Shown one piece after another: positions 32,391 to 44,633 of a stretch of DNA of 64,000 nucleotides. A program made the position numbers and the translations under genes. Each line of letters starts with the position of its first letter. Position 1 is the first letter of the stretch. The notes under the pieces were generated by a model. The model saw only the letters and a program-made list of their open reading frames with translations. It searched no databases and was not told where the DNA came from. Location of the stretch: the NCBI GenBank assembly GCA_965198115.1, contig OZ240241.1, forward strand, positions 8,160,001 to 8,224,000. The letters are read 5' to 3'. This DNA comes from Candidatus Latescibacterota bacterium (GTDB lineage Bacteria; Latescibacterota; UBA2968).

Positions 32391-34501
32391 GCTCGGTCTT
32401 CTCGATCTGCCCATCGAGTATCCGCGCCTGCTCGATGAACGTCGCGTCCCCCTTCCAGAGCTCGATGAACTTTCGGTATTCGCGGACGGCGCCCGAGCTG
32501 TCGCCCGCCGATAGAAGCAGGTCGGCAAGATTTCTGTGCGGGCGCGCATAGGCGGGGTCGAGAGCGATCGCTTCCAGGTAAGCGGAGCGTGCGTCCGGGG
32601 TTCGACCGATTTTTGCGAAGGCAGCGCCCGCGTTGTTGTGGTGTCTCGCGATCTCTGGTGCCAGGGCGATGGCTTTGCCGAAGGCGACGGCAGCAACCTC
32701 GGTCAGACCCGACATCAAGGCCGATTCACCAAGTCGATTCTGGAGGGAGGCGTCCTCGTCATCGTGTAGCAGCGCTTCACGATAGAACTTCACGGCGGCC
32801 TTCCACTCGCGATTCGATCGAGCGGAATCTCCGAGGGCCGTGGCGACTCTGATGATCCCATCCCGGGGCACCGAGTATGAAGGGTAGATGGATCGTTCCC
32901 GGAGATAGCCTTCGAGCGCGCCACGCAGATCCCCCTTTCTCTCCCTGACCTGGGCCAACGGCAGATGGCCTTCGTTCGGGTGGTAGCGGAGGGACTGCGT
33001 GAACGATTCGATCGCTTCGTCATACTGTCCAAGTCGCTCGTGGGCAAGACCGTTCAGTTGGAGCGCTCGAAAGTTGATCACGGTCGGGTCCAGGGCCGCC
33101 CGAGTGTCCCGCACGACTGAATGCCAGTCTTCACGGTTCCAGGCGTTGACTGCCCGGGCAAAGTGTCGATCGAAGTTCAAACACGTGAGAGTGATTCCCG
33201 CGCCGACCGCGATCAGGACGGCACCCGCGGAGAGGTGCCACCGCAACGAGCGTCCACGATCGGTCGGGTGGTCGGATTGCGACGATCAGACCGAGCGCCG
33301 TCCAGAACAACATCGATGCTGCGACGCGTTCCCTCGGAAAGCTGAAGAAGCTGTGGCCGAGGTAGGCGAGGGCACCCGCACAGAGAGCGAGTTCCCGGAC
33401 GTCGCAGGCCCGCCACAGACGGATACCGATGAGGCCGACGATCCACAGATAGAGTGCCAGACCTACGACACCTGTCTCGGCAAGGACCCAGGCGAAATCG
33501 TTGTGCGGTCTTTGTGGTGCCGTGTTTCGTGTAATCCATTCTCCCCGATCGTAGACCGGGTAATGCAGCATCCAGGCGCCCAGACCAACGCCCGATACCG
33601 GATGATCGGCCACCATGTCGAGCGTGCGACGCCAGACGGTGAGTCTTCCGCGAGCCCCAGACGGTGCGAAGACCTGGCCGAAAGTCGTCGACAGATCGGT
33701 TTTCCGCTCGTCGAACCCGAAGTCTCCCTCCAATGTCATCTGGTGCTGGAGCGGCCCTGCGACACAGACGATCAGGACGGCCAGTGCGCCTATCGCGATT
33801 TTCATTCGTCGGGAAGGAATCTCGAGCAGGCTGCTGGTCCGTATCGCGACGATTAAGGCACAGATCGTGGCCACTGCCAGACCCACCCAGGCACCCCGAG
33901 TGCGGGTGTAGAGCAACAACAGCAGCATCAGCGTGCCGGACAAAGCCAGGGTCGCAGCGCGGGCGGGCGATTCTTCCACGAGTCCGAAACCGATGACGAC
34001 GGGGATCGAGATCACCAGGTAGGTGGCGACGTAGTTTCGGTAGCCGAAGGTCGAACCGGGATTGCCCGCTGAGGGGACGACGAGGGGATCGACGCCGAAG
34101 TACTGACCGATACCGACGCTGGCCACGAGCAGCCCGGCTACGGCCCATACCCAGACGAGATCACGGGCAACACGCTCGCCGTCCAGACGCGATACATACG
34201 CATAAGTAAAGACCATGCACGTGAGCGAGGCCAGTTGGACGACGGCTTCGATCGCGTTCAACGCCCAAAACACCGAGAGAACGGACCACGACGTGAATGC
34301 GAGTACTGCGATGTCGAATCGGGCGCGACGTCTGATCGAGGGGGCGACGACGATCAGACCCGCCAGCCCGAGAACCACGCACACCTGAAGGACCAGAAGA
34401 CGGGGCCACCGGGTGAAGTCGTAAACGTCGCGTACGAATAGCAGAGGCACGACGAAGAGGGCGACTGCAGCTGGTAGAGCTGCGAGACGGAAACGGTTCA
34501 T
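32383..34501 (-). pseudogene. Wzy_C + TPR protein, paralog 3 (frameshift ~33240)
   Basis: PGSTFGYRNYVA, YTRTRGAW, RPHNDF, FSFPRE in ORF 33131-34504; last TM segment and TPRs in ORF 32383-33246. Confidence 0.8.
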
Positions 34502-36592
34502 CACGGCGTGATCGTCTCGAGCAGGTCGGTCAGTATCTTCACGCGCTCGCGAGCACGCAGGGCGGCATCGTCGTTGCGAGGCCAGCGCTGTAGAAAGGTC
34601 TCATAGGCCCAGAGCGCTCTTCGGGCGTGAGCGGGGTCTGCGTCGGCCTCGAGACTGTGGGCTTCACCGAGGTCATAGTAGAAGGAGGGGTCGGAGGGCT
34701 CCAGGGCGATGGCCTTCTCGATGGTGATGACCGCCTCGTCGATTCGTTTCGCTGCAATGTATGCCAGTCCGAGGTTACTCCAGGCGTCCACGAAGTCGTC
34801 CTTCAGTTCGATGGCCCGGCCGTAGGTGGCAATTGCCCCTTGCAGGTCTCCCCTCTGCTGCGCGATCCCTCCGAGGTTGTTCAGTATCTGGTAGTGCAAC
34901 GGAGCCAATGCGAGGGATCGACGGTAGGATGCTTCCGCGGCATCCATGTCGCCCTTGAGGGCGTAATTGGTGCCGAGATCGCCGAGCAGCTCCGCCTATG
35001 CGGATGGTAAGCGAGGCCAGTCCTGCCGGCATCGATGGCTCGACCGTACTGGCCGATCGCCCGGTAGCCTTTGGCTTGGAGAAGATGGGCGCGCGTGTCG
35101 AAAGGACCGATTTCGAGAGCCGCCGTAGCGGCTGCGAGCGTTGCACGAAGGTCGTTTCCGGCGTGGAAGGACAGGGCTCGCATCAGGTGACGGTCGAACC
35201 TCAGAGCCTGAATCGTGAAAGCAAGACATCCACACGCGAGGCCGGTGGCCAGAATCCAAGTCGTTTTGGAGCTTCGGATGCTTTGGGATTCGGAGGAGGG
35301 GGGGTGTAGCGTGACCAGAAGCGCCAGGTTCAACCAGAAGAGTAGTGACGTTTCGGCGAGCTCCTTCGGAAAACTAAATACGGCGTGGCCGAGACTCGCC
35401 ATCAGGCTCGCACCGATGGCGAGCCCCCAGGTGCGGGTCTGGGCGTTTCGGACAGCTCGCAGGAGGATCGATAGAGCGGCCGCCAGCATCCAAAAGTAGG
35501 TCGCCAGACCAATCAGACCCGTCTCCGCGGCAATCCAGAGGTAGTCGTTGTGGGGGCGTTCGGGCGCGGACCCCACTTTCAGCATGTCCCCCCCATCGTA
35601 GGGTGGGTAGGCGTATTGCCAGTTCCCAGGGCCGACACCCAACACTGGATAGTCGCCGATCATCGCGAGTGTGTGCGACCACATTGTCCGTCGCCCGCGG
35701 TCGGCACCCGGGCGGCTCGCCGAACTCAACGCGTCGAGCAGCGCCGTTTTTCCCTCGTCGAGGTGCCGCGATCGCGACGGTGACAGATTCGGATTCCACG
35801 GCCCCAGTGCGAGGACAAGCAGCGCCATTGCAACCGCCAGACGTTTTCCGAAGGAACTGGAGAGTGTGGGACTCCGGGTGGGGCGATAGATCAGACAGAG
35901 CATGCCGGTGGCAGCCCCGGCGACCATCAGAGCCGCCCAGGCACCCCGAGTCCGGGTGTAGACGAGGAACACCGACATCAAGGCAGTGGCCGCGGTGGCG
36001 ATGCCATACGTACGTCGCGATCGAGTCGTTGCAACCAGACCGATTGCGATCGGAATGCACACGACAAGGTAGGAGGCGGCCATGTTTCTGTAGCCGAATG
36101 TCGAACTGGGACGGCCGTTCGACGGAAACCCGCTCAGATCCAACCCCCAGAACTCGCCAATGCCGATGAGGGAGGCGAGTCCTCCGGCCCAGCAGAGGGC
36201 TTCTGCCAGTCGGGGAATGTGCGACCGGTCGAGGATCTGAACCGCGCAAAAGAACACGAGGACATAGGTCAACAGATGCGAAACCGACTCGATGGCGGCC
36301 ACCCGGTTGTGTGCTTGGGCAACGGCGATGGTCGTCGTCGCGAAGTAGACGATGACGGGCAGGCTCAAGATCGACCCGCGCAGAAGGGGTGATTCGATCT
36401 TGAACGCGTCCCGAGTGAGCAGGAGGAGAAGGATCAGCAATCCGATCTGGACCGCGAGCCGCTTCGGAAGAAGCGTGAAACGAGCAGATCTCCGTCGAAC
36501 ACGAATGTCGCGGCAATGAGCGTTGCCGCGATAATGCGGAATCCCCACGAATCGGTGACACGGATAGCGGCTTGTCTGTGGCGCTTCGCCAC
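34501..36592 (-). pseudogene. Wzy_C + TPR protein, paralog 4 (frameshifts ~36485 and ~34996)
   Basis: PSSTFGYRNMAA, YTRTRGAW, RPHNDYL, FSFPKE; TPR tail in ORF 34501-34947; GTG start abuts the stop of paralog 5. Confidence 0.78.
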
Positions 36593-38619
36593 TCAGTCGA
36601 CTCGCTTCCTGAGGTTTTGTAAATGGGCCCGAATCTGCTCGGCGTAATCGGGGTCGCCTTGCCACGCCCGAAGAACGATCTCGTACATATCGATGGCTTC
36701 GTTCAGACGACCGGACTGTTCGTAGGCCATGGCGAGGTTGTTACGGGCTTCGTTGAAATTGGGATTGAGTGTGATGGCTCGTTCAAGATGGCGAACCGCT
36801 GCCGCCGGGTTCTGCCGGTAGAGCTCGACCGCGCCGAGTGCGGCGTTGGCCTGAGGAGCGAAGAGGTCGTGGGACACGAGCGGGAGAAGCACCGCTCGCG
36901 CGGCATTGAAGCGGCCCGCTCTGATGAGTGTGTTTCCGTGATTGATCTGGATACCCCCATCCGTGGGTCGCAGACGGTGGGCGGTTTCGAAGTGTCGAAG
37001 GGCGCTGGTAAAGTCGTCCCGACGCGCGTAAACGCCCGCAAGATTGTGGTGTGTGTTTGCGTAGTTCGGGTGGTCGTCAAGGGCGCGCACGTAAGCGCTC
37101 TCGGCTTTCGCCCATTGACCGTTCTCGTGGAGGGCCTTCCCGAGGATGAATGTGATGCGATGGTCGATGGCTCCCAGTGGAATCGCCGTCTGGGATTCAG
37201 CGATGGCCAGAGACCAGTTTCCCGTCTGCGCCGCCCAGAGCGCTCGGGAAAAGGGACCGTCGAATCGCAGGTGACGCCACCCGGTTGCAAGAACAAGCAG
37301 ACAGACGACCACCGTAAGCGCTCCCAGTCCCCTCGGTAGACACGTCGATCGACTCGGTGTCTCCTTATGTGCGATGCCGATTCCGGCCAGTGATGTCCAG
37401 AAAAGGAGGAGCGTGGCGGGCTGCTCCTTCGGAAAGCTGAAGAGTCCGTGGACCGTGAATGCGGTCAGGCTGGCCGCACACGCCAGTCCGATGAGTGCAC
37501 GTTCGGGATCGATCGATCGCGAGACTTCCCACGCCTTTTTTCCCGCAGAGACGAGAAGCCAGAGGTAGAAGCACAGACCGACAAGCCCGATCTCGGCCGC
37601 AATCCACAACACGTCGTTGTGAGGTCTCGCCGGTTCCGAAGTCGGCGTGATGCGAGTGCCCCGGTCGTAAGGAGGATATGCGTATTCCCAGTTGTCGAGC
37701 CCGACACCCAGTATCGGATGGTCGCGGATCAGGTCCAGCGTATTTTCCCAAAAAGTCAGTCGCCCGCGAGCGCTGTCCTCGTCAAAAGCAGACTGAAGGG
37801 CGACGAGGGCGGTCGTCTTCTGTCGGTCGAATCGTTGGATGACGGCGTCAGAAGGGTTTTCCGAACGTGTTGCGACGAATGCGGCAAGGCCGACGAGGAT
37901 CGCCATCGCCAATCGACGAGGTTGCGTGAATGAACGCAGCCTGGCCGTCAGTTCATCCCGAAGAGGTCGGGCGCCAGCCACGACGACCACGACGATCGTG
38001 CACGCTGCGGCGAGCGCGATCCACGCGCCTCGTGTCCGCGTGAAGACGAGGAGGGTCCCCATCAAGAGCGTGCAAACGAGTGAGAGTGAAAACACTCCCT
38101 GCGATTCGGACCTGAGGATACCGAGTGTGGCCAGGGGTAAGGCCACGACGAGATACGATGCTGTGACGTTCCTGAAACCGAACGTGGCGCTGGGCAAGCC
38201 GACGGATGGAATCGACGTGAAGGCCAGGTCGAAATACTGAGCGATGCCCACGATCCCGACCAGGCCACCCCCGATCGCCAACGCCGAACACGCACTCACG
38301 AATCCTGCCGTGTCGACAGAGGACGTGACAATGGCGAAGAGGATCAAACCCGCAACGAGAGGTGCCATCTCGATCACGCTCGACAGCGGATTGTTAGCCC
38401 AAAAGGCGGACCCGACGCACACGAAGACGTAACCGAGTGCGGGCAGCAGCAGGCGAGTCGCGCGTATGACGGGCCGCGGCGCCCAGATCACCGCGAGCGC
38501 GCCGATTAGCACATAGAAGCCGGCGCGCTTGACGACCAGATCGGACCCTTCTTCAGGGCGGAACAGAAGAGGGATGATCAGGAGTCCCGCACCGAGGAGC
38601 CGGGTCTGGTATGGGCTAG

Positions 38620-40173
38620 GAGCCTGTCGGAGTACCCAGCCGGAGGAAGATTTCGTATTGTAGAAGTGCGATCAAGGTTCCGACTCTGAATTGGAGGTTT
38701 CCGTTGAGCACTTCTACTCGGTTTCGTGTCTACAATCCGGCTCAGTTGATGTTGCTGCCTCCGGATCTCCGGAGTTGGCTTCCCAAGGGTCATCCGACCT
38801 ACTTCATTCTGGATATCGTCGGACAACTTGATTTGTCCGCGATCTACGAGACCTACGATGGGTCTCAAGGTGGCCAGCCACCGTATGATCCCCGGATGAT
38901 GGTGAGCCTACTGCTGTATGGTTACTGTGAAGGCATCAGGAGTTCCCGCAAGATCGAGCGTGCGACCTATGACTCGGTTGCTTTCCGTGTGCTCAGCCTG
39001 GATCAGCATCCTGATCACGACACGATATCGACCTTTCGTCAACGGCATCTGGATGCCCTCTCAGGTCTGTTCAGGCAAGTGCTGTGTCTCTGCGTGAAGG
39101 CAGGTCTGGTGAAGCTGGGACACGTGGCGTTGGATGGCACGAAAGTCAAAGCAAATGCCTCAAAACACAAAGCGATGAGCTACGGCCGGATGAAGAAGAA
39201 AGAAGCCGAGATCGAGGCCGAAGTGCGCAGACTCTTGACCGAGGCCGAAGCCACTGACGCGGCCGAAGACGAACTCTACGGAAAGGACAACCGCGGCGAC
39301 GAGTTGCCCGAGGAGTTGCAGCACCGGGAGACTCGACTCAAAGTAATCCGCGACGCAATAGCCGAGATCGAAGCCGAAGCGGAGGCTGAGTTTCCTGAGA
39401 AGCAGGCAGCGTATGAAGAGAAGGTAAAGGCCCGGGAGCGCCGCGGCGGTCGTGGACGTAAGCCCAAGCCTCCATCGAAAGAGCCCGACTGAAAGGAACA
39501 ACTGAACTTCACCGATCCCGACTCACGGATCATGGTCTCAGGGGGCCAATTCCTTCAAGCCTACAACTGCCAAGCTGCTGTGGATGACAAGGCCCAGATT
39601 GTCGTTGCTGCCGACGTCACCCAAGAAGCTGATGACAAGAACCAGATGACACCTATGGTCAACCAGATCAGAGCGAATATGGGCGGCACGACACCCAAGC
39701 ACCTCACTGCCGACACCGGATACTTCAACCAAAGTCAGGTCGATCAGGTTCAATCAGATGGCGTCGACCTCTATGTGGCGACGACAAAACAGAAACATGG
39801 AACGCCCATCGCGACCTGCCCCAGGGGACGGATCCCCAAGGGCGCAACGACGAAAGACAAAATGGCGAGAAAGCTTCTCACACAGAAAGGTCGCTGCACC
39901 TACTGGAAAAGAAAACAGATCATCGAACCCGTGTTTGGACAGATCAAATCCGTTCGGAACTTCACCCGATTCTCATTTCGCCGAATCCACAAAGTCATCA
40001 GAGAATGGAACCTGATCTGTCTCACACACAACCTTCTGAAACTCTATCGACTCTCATTGGCTACCTGATCCCGAAGAGGAACTCGGCTCAAGGAAAAAAC
40101 GAAGGTAACCGGTCGCTGACAGACTCAGCTGGACTTAATCTCAACGAGCTTCCGGGTGTAACCCGACAGGCTC
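38620..40173 (+). mobile_element. IS1182-family insertion sequence (1554 bp)
   Basis: TIRs GAGCCTGTCGGAGTAC / GAGCCTGTCGGGTTAC; CTAG target duplication (38616-19 and 40174-77). Confidence 0.9.
38704..40068 (+). pseudogene. IS1182 transposase with an in-frame TGA at 39490-39492
   Basis: GGQPPYDPRMM, SSRKIE, PDHDTI, ALDGTKVKANAS, then NFTDPDSRIM, QAYNCQ, ADTGY, IEPVFGQIK continuing in the same frame. Confidence 0.85.
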
Positions 40174-42084
40174 CTAGTTTTTATCTCGGTCATCTTTGAC
40201 ATTCAGGAGTTGCTGGAGACTCCTTAGTGCGGGAGCGAATTCTGGCGAAAGGACAAGGGCATTCCGGAACTGTCGTTCCGCTCCTCGAAGATCGCCGCTC
40301 AGGGCGAGGGTCCTTCCCAGATTCACCCGAATCAGGGGATTATGGGGCGCCAGCTCCAGGGCTCGCTCTAGGGACCGAATGGCACTTGGCCACTTGCGGC
40401 CGTCTCTGTAGATGTTGCCCAGGTTGTTGTGGGCCTCGATGAAGTTGGGATACAGTTCGATCGCTCGCCGGGCCGAGTGCTCCGCCTCCTCGAGACTCCC
40501 TGTTTTGCGAAGGGCGATCGCGACGTTGTTGTGGGCGTTGATGGAATTCGGGTGCAACTCGAGCGCTCGACGATATGCGTCGATGGCCTGCGAGGGGCGG
40601 CCTTGATGGTCCTGGGCCCGTCCGACAGCGATGAACGTGTTGGCTCGGTAGCTACCGATGGCTGCCGCCCGTGCGCCCGATCCGAGCACCCCGTCCCAAT
40701 CTTGCTTTCTCTCCGCGCGATGGACATTCAGGTGATGGATGTCGTATGTGAGTCGCTTTACCGTCAGGTAGCCCCCGACGATCAGAACGGACGCAATCAG
40801 TCCGAGCTGTAATCGCGCGAACCTCGTGGTGACCGATCGCCCTGGATCGAGAATGAGCAAGATCCCGACGGAGGACCAGAACAGGAACGCCGGCGAAACA
40901 CGCTCGCGCGGGAAGTTGAACACGCCGTCACCGAGCTGGGCGAGGAGAACCACGAGACCGGCGACCGCGAGGAGGCGGTGCTCGGGATCGTGCAACGCCC
41001 TGAGCCCCGATCGGAAGGCGATTAACAGGAACCCGAGATAGGCTGCCAGTCCGATAGCGCCGGTTTCGCTCAGGATCCAGAGAAGGTCGTTGTGCGGTCG
41101 TCTCGGAGAGGCGTTCACGTTGACCTGGTCACCCCAGGCGTAGTCGGGATACACGAATTCCCAGTTGCCGAGTCCCACCCCCAGCAGCGGGTGATCGAGA
41201 CCGATTCGGAGGGTGTGAGACCAGAGGTCGAGCCTGCCCCGATGGCCCGACGCGTCCACAATCGACGCCGCGGCCGTCAGGGCGCTGTCCTTCTTCTCGT
41301 CGAAATGCTGAGCGCCCGGTTTGGCTATCCGATCCGGTATGAGCGCGGCCGCAACGATTACCACCGCAATGGCGGGTCCCATCAGACGTCTTTTTGGACG
41401 GTCGTGCGAAGGTCGGTTCGGGACCCGCCTGGAGATCAGCCAGACGATGAGTGAGGCGACCCCGATTCCGATCCACGCGCCCCGGCAGCGTGTGAACACG
41501 AGATACGTGCAGCAGAGCAACGTAATCGTCGTGTAGCCGATCCGGAAGCGTGCCGTTCGTGCGCGATGGGCCGAGTACCAGGCGAACGGGATGAGGGCAA
41601 TGAGGTATTCGGCCGCGGCATTTCGGTGAAAGAAAGTGGCGCTGGGGTTCGCGCGGGACGGCAAATCCGCCCATCCGAGGCCGAGGTATTGAGAGATCCC
41701 GATGACGGTGACGGGTAGGGCACCCCAGACCCAGCCTCCGATGCAAAGATCCAAATCGCTGGATTTCAGTGTTGCGACTGCTACGATTGGGATGAGCGCG
41801 AGCGTGCTGTAGTGGGCGAATTGCAGGACCGACTCCGTGACGTTGATCGACTGGGTGATCGACAGTCCCATACTGGCCAGGAGCGCGCCCGACGCCAACA
41901 GGGCCCTTGTGTTCAGGCGCGGTGCGTCGAAGAGGGCGCAGATGCAAATGACGATCAGCCCCGCCTGAAGCGCAGCGAGACGGGGGAGCAACGCCCCTTC
42001 GTAAACGTGCGTGGAGTAGACGAGGGGAAGACCGATGCCGAGCGCCATCCAAAGGAAGAGGGTCAAGCTCCGTGGCACCTTCAA
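40174..42084 (-). CDS. Wzy_C + TPR protein, paralog 6
   Basis: PSATFFHRNAAA, FTRCRGAW, GVGLGNW, RPHNDLL..SETG, FNFPRE; TPR tail. Confidence 0.85.
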   Translation of the reverse strand: MKVPRSLTLFLWMALGIGLPLVYSTHVYEGALLPRLAALQAGLIVICICALFDAPRLNTRALLASGALLASMGLSITQSINVTESVLQFAHYSTLALIPIVAVATLKSSDLDLCIGGWVWGALPVTVIGISQYLGLGWADLPSRANPSATFFHRNAAAEYLIALIPFAWYSAHRARTARFRIGYTTITLLCCTYLVFTRCRGAWIGIGVASLIVWLISRRVPNRPSHDRPKRRLMGPAIAVVIVAAALIPDRIAKPGAQHFDEKKDSALTAAASIVDASGHRGRLDLWSHTLRIGLDHPLLGVGLGNWEFVYPDYAWGDQVNVNASPRRPHNDLLWILSETGAIGLAAYLGFLLIAFRSGLRALHDPEHRLLAVAGLVVLLAQLGDGVFNFPRERVSPAFLFWSSVGILLILDPGRSVTTRFARLQLGLIASVLIVGGYLTVKRLTYDIHHLNVHRAERKQDWDGVLGSGARAAAIGSYRANTFIAVGRAQDHQGRPSQAIDAYRRALELHPNSINAHNNVAIALRKTGSLEEAEHSARRAIELYPNFIEAHNNLGNIYRDGRKWPSAIRSLERALELAPHNPLIRVNLGRTLALSGDLRGAERQFRNALVLSPEFAPALRSLQQLLNVKDDRDKN

Positions 42085-44633
42085 GGCTCCAGTCGTTCAA
42101 GCATGTCCTGGACAGTTCTGGTAAACGAAGGATCGCCCTTCCAGTCGCGTAGGAAAGACCGCATAGCGCGTTTTGCGCTGATCGTGTCTCGGATGGCGAC
42201 GTAGACGGGGACATATAATAATGTACGAGGACGGGATCGCCCGCCCAGTGGCGCTCGAATCGGCTGTAGGCCACCGTGGCACTGTCGACGGCGGCTCCCG
42301 TCAGGTAGGCGTTTCTGAGGTTGTAATTCGCGACGGCGTGGGTCGAGTCGATGGCCAGTGCGGCGCGATATGACTCGATGGCCTCGTTGATTCGTCCCTC
42401 ATCGACGTAGACGAGGCCGAGATTGTTGTGCGTATCGATATGATCAGGGTCCAGCTTTGTGGCCCTCAGGTATGTCTCGATGGCCTTTTCCCGTCGACCA
42501 ATAGCCTTGTAGCTGTTCGCCAGATTGTACCAGTGGAGCGCGATGTCGGGTTTGAGGTGGGTGGCCATCGTGTAGTCATCCAAGGCGCCCTGGCGATCTC
42601 CCCGGCGCTCCGCGGATAGCCCCCTTCTCACGTGGGCATTGGCGAGCACGCCGATGGCGGGGGCGTGATGGGTCGTGTCCGTGCCCGGTGTTTTGAGGAA
42701 CCGCGTGTAGAGATCGATGGCTTCATCATAGTCGCCTGCTTCGATCCGAAGGTTGCCGAGATTGACGAGTGCTTCCGGGGCGGGGGTGGGGGAGGTCGCT
42801 GCCCGATGCCACACGGCGGCGGCGCTGTCCACCATCCCCATTTCGCGGTAGATGGTGCCCAGGTTGACGTAAGACCGGGGCCGATTCGGGTGAGCTGACA
42901 CCTTGTAGGGCAATCGCCGAGTCGCGGGCGCCCCGGGCCTGGTGCAGGATCGCCAGGTTGTATTGTGCGGCGTAGTCGTCCGGGTCCAATCGCAAGGCTT
43001 CTCGATAGAGGCGCTCGGCTTCGGTGGTGTCCCCTTGCTCGTAGGCGACAAGCCCCAGCCCGTTGAAGGCGTTGGCGAAGTTTGGATGGTAATCGAGCGT
43101 CCGTCGGTAGGCCGCGCGGGCGTCGTCGTGTCGCCCACGGGCGAGAAGCGCTTCACCACGGATCAGATGGGCCTGATGATCGAACGAGCCATACTTCAGT
43201 GCGTTTTCGACGTGCAGGAGCATCGTGTCGTGACGCTTCTGCATCTGGGCGACCCGGGCCCGGACGTAGTGCCAGTCGAAGAAGGTGTTTTGGACCGTAA
43301 TGGCGCACGCCAGGAGCAGAACGACGAGGAGAGTCCGGGTGATCACAGGGCGGGACTCTTCGTGAGTCGATTCCCGAGACGAAAGCCATCCCGCTGCGAG
43401 CCAGAACAGGACGGAGGGGGCCACGCGCTCCCACGGAAACGTGAATAGTCCGAGTCCGATGTAGGTCAGAAGAGTGGTCACGAGGAAAGTCGTGATCATC
43501 GTCTCCCCCTCTGGCGTCGCCCATCGCCGAAAGGCGCTCCTGCCGAGGGTAAACAGGAAACCCAGGAAGAGGATGAACCCCACGGTTCCCGTTTCTGCCC
43601 AGATCCATAACAGGTCGTTGTGGGGCCTCAATGGATTGAATCCTGGTTCGATCATTTTGCCGCCATCGTAGGGGACGTAGGCGAACTCCCAGTTCCCGAG
43701 GCCCACGCCGAGGATCGGCGCGTCGGCGATCATACGCAGAGTCGCGCCCCACATGTGAAGCCTGCCCCTGTCGCCTCCGGGGCGGAAGACGGACGCGATG
43801 GCCGTCCCGACGTCGGTTTTCCGCTCGTCGAATCTCTGAATGTGCGATTCGGTGAATCCTTCCGGGAGGAAGGCAAGCGCCACTACGATCACCAGAGCGA
43901 GCCCCACGGGTCGATAGCGGTCCGTGCGGACCACGGCCAGAATTTGCCCCGTTGTCGATCGCAGTCCCTCTGATGCGGCGGTCAGCACAACGGCGCCTCC
44001 CGATCCCAGACAGAACCCGACCCAGGACGCCCTCGCGCGCGTGTAGACCATCAGGACGACCATGGCCGCGGCTGCCACGGCACCCAGCATCCTGCGCCTC
44101 GGTGTTTTCCCGGTGACGACGAGGATGGCGGCCAGGGGAGCTCCGCACGCCACATAGGCTGCAGCGAGGTTCCGGTAGCCGAAGAAGGAGCTCGGGCGGC
44201 CCGTCGAAGGAATCCAGGTCGGAATCAGTCCGTGATACTCGAAGATGCCCACACAAGCGACCAGCAGGCCTGCTGCGGCGTGAAATCCGAGGAGATGGTC
44301 GAGCCGGTCCTGACGACTGCCGGCTACGACGAGGTAGAACACAACGAGGGTCGTGTATTTTGCGAGATCGTAGGTGGCGCGAAAGGCGTTGGCTGCCCAG
44401 AATGCGGAGGCTGCGAGAATCGCGACGAAACCGAGAAGCATCAGACGGTCCCAACCGGGAGTGCCCAGGCGCAAGACGGTTGGATCTCGGGCTGCGATGG
44501 TGAGAATCGCGATGAGAACGACCTGAAGAAGCAAAAGCCTGGGGAGGAGGGTGTATTCTTCGATTCCGGGGACCAGAAGGAAGGGAATGACGAAGAATCC
44601 GGCGGACAGGAGGCGGGTAATCAGGCGGTCCAT
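42081..44633 (-). pseudogene. Wzy_C + long TPR protein, paralog 7, first in the operon (frameshifts ~42908 and ~42208)
   Basis: PSSFFGYRNLAA, YTRARASW, RPHNDLL..AETG, FTFPWE; TPRs continue in two further frames to ...QDMLERLEP*. Confidence 0.78.

Larger units (their letters stand above)
36593..40193 (-). pseudogene. Wzy_C + TPR protein, paralog 5, interrupted in codon 7 by IS1182
   Basis: Removing the IS and one CTAG copy gives MTEIKTSPYQTRLLGAGLLIIPLLF... in frame with ORF 36593-38512 (PSATFGFRN, RPHNDVL, FSFPKE, TPRs). Confidence 0.85.

Noticed and set aside
28090-44633. Ordinary O-antigen/EPS biosynthesis cluster
   Set aside because: No glycosyltransferase, flippase, chain-length regulator or nucleotide-sugar genes; all seven genes are paralogous ligase-TPR fusions
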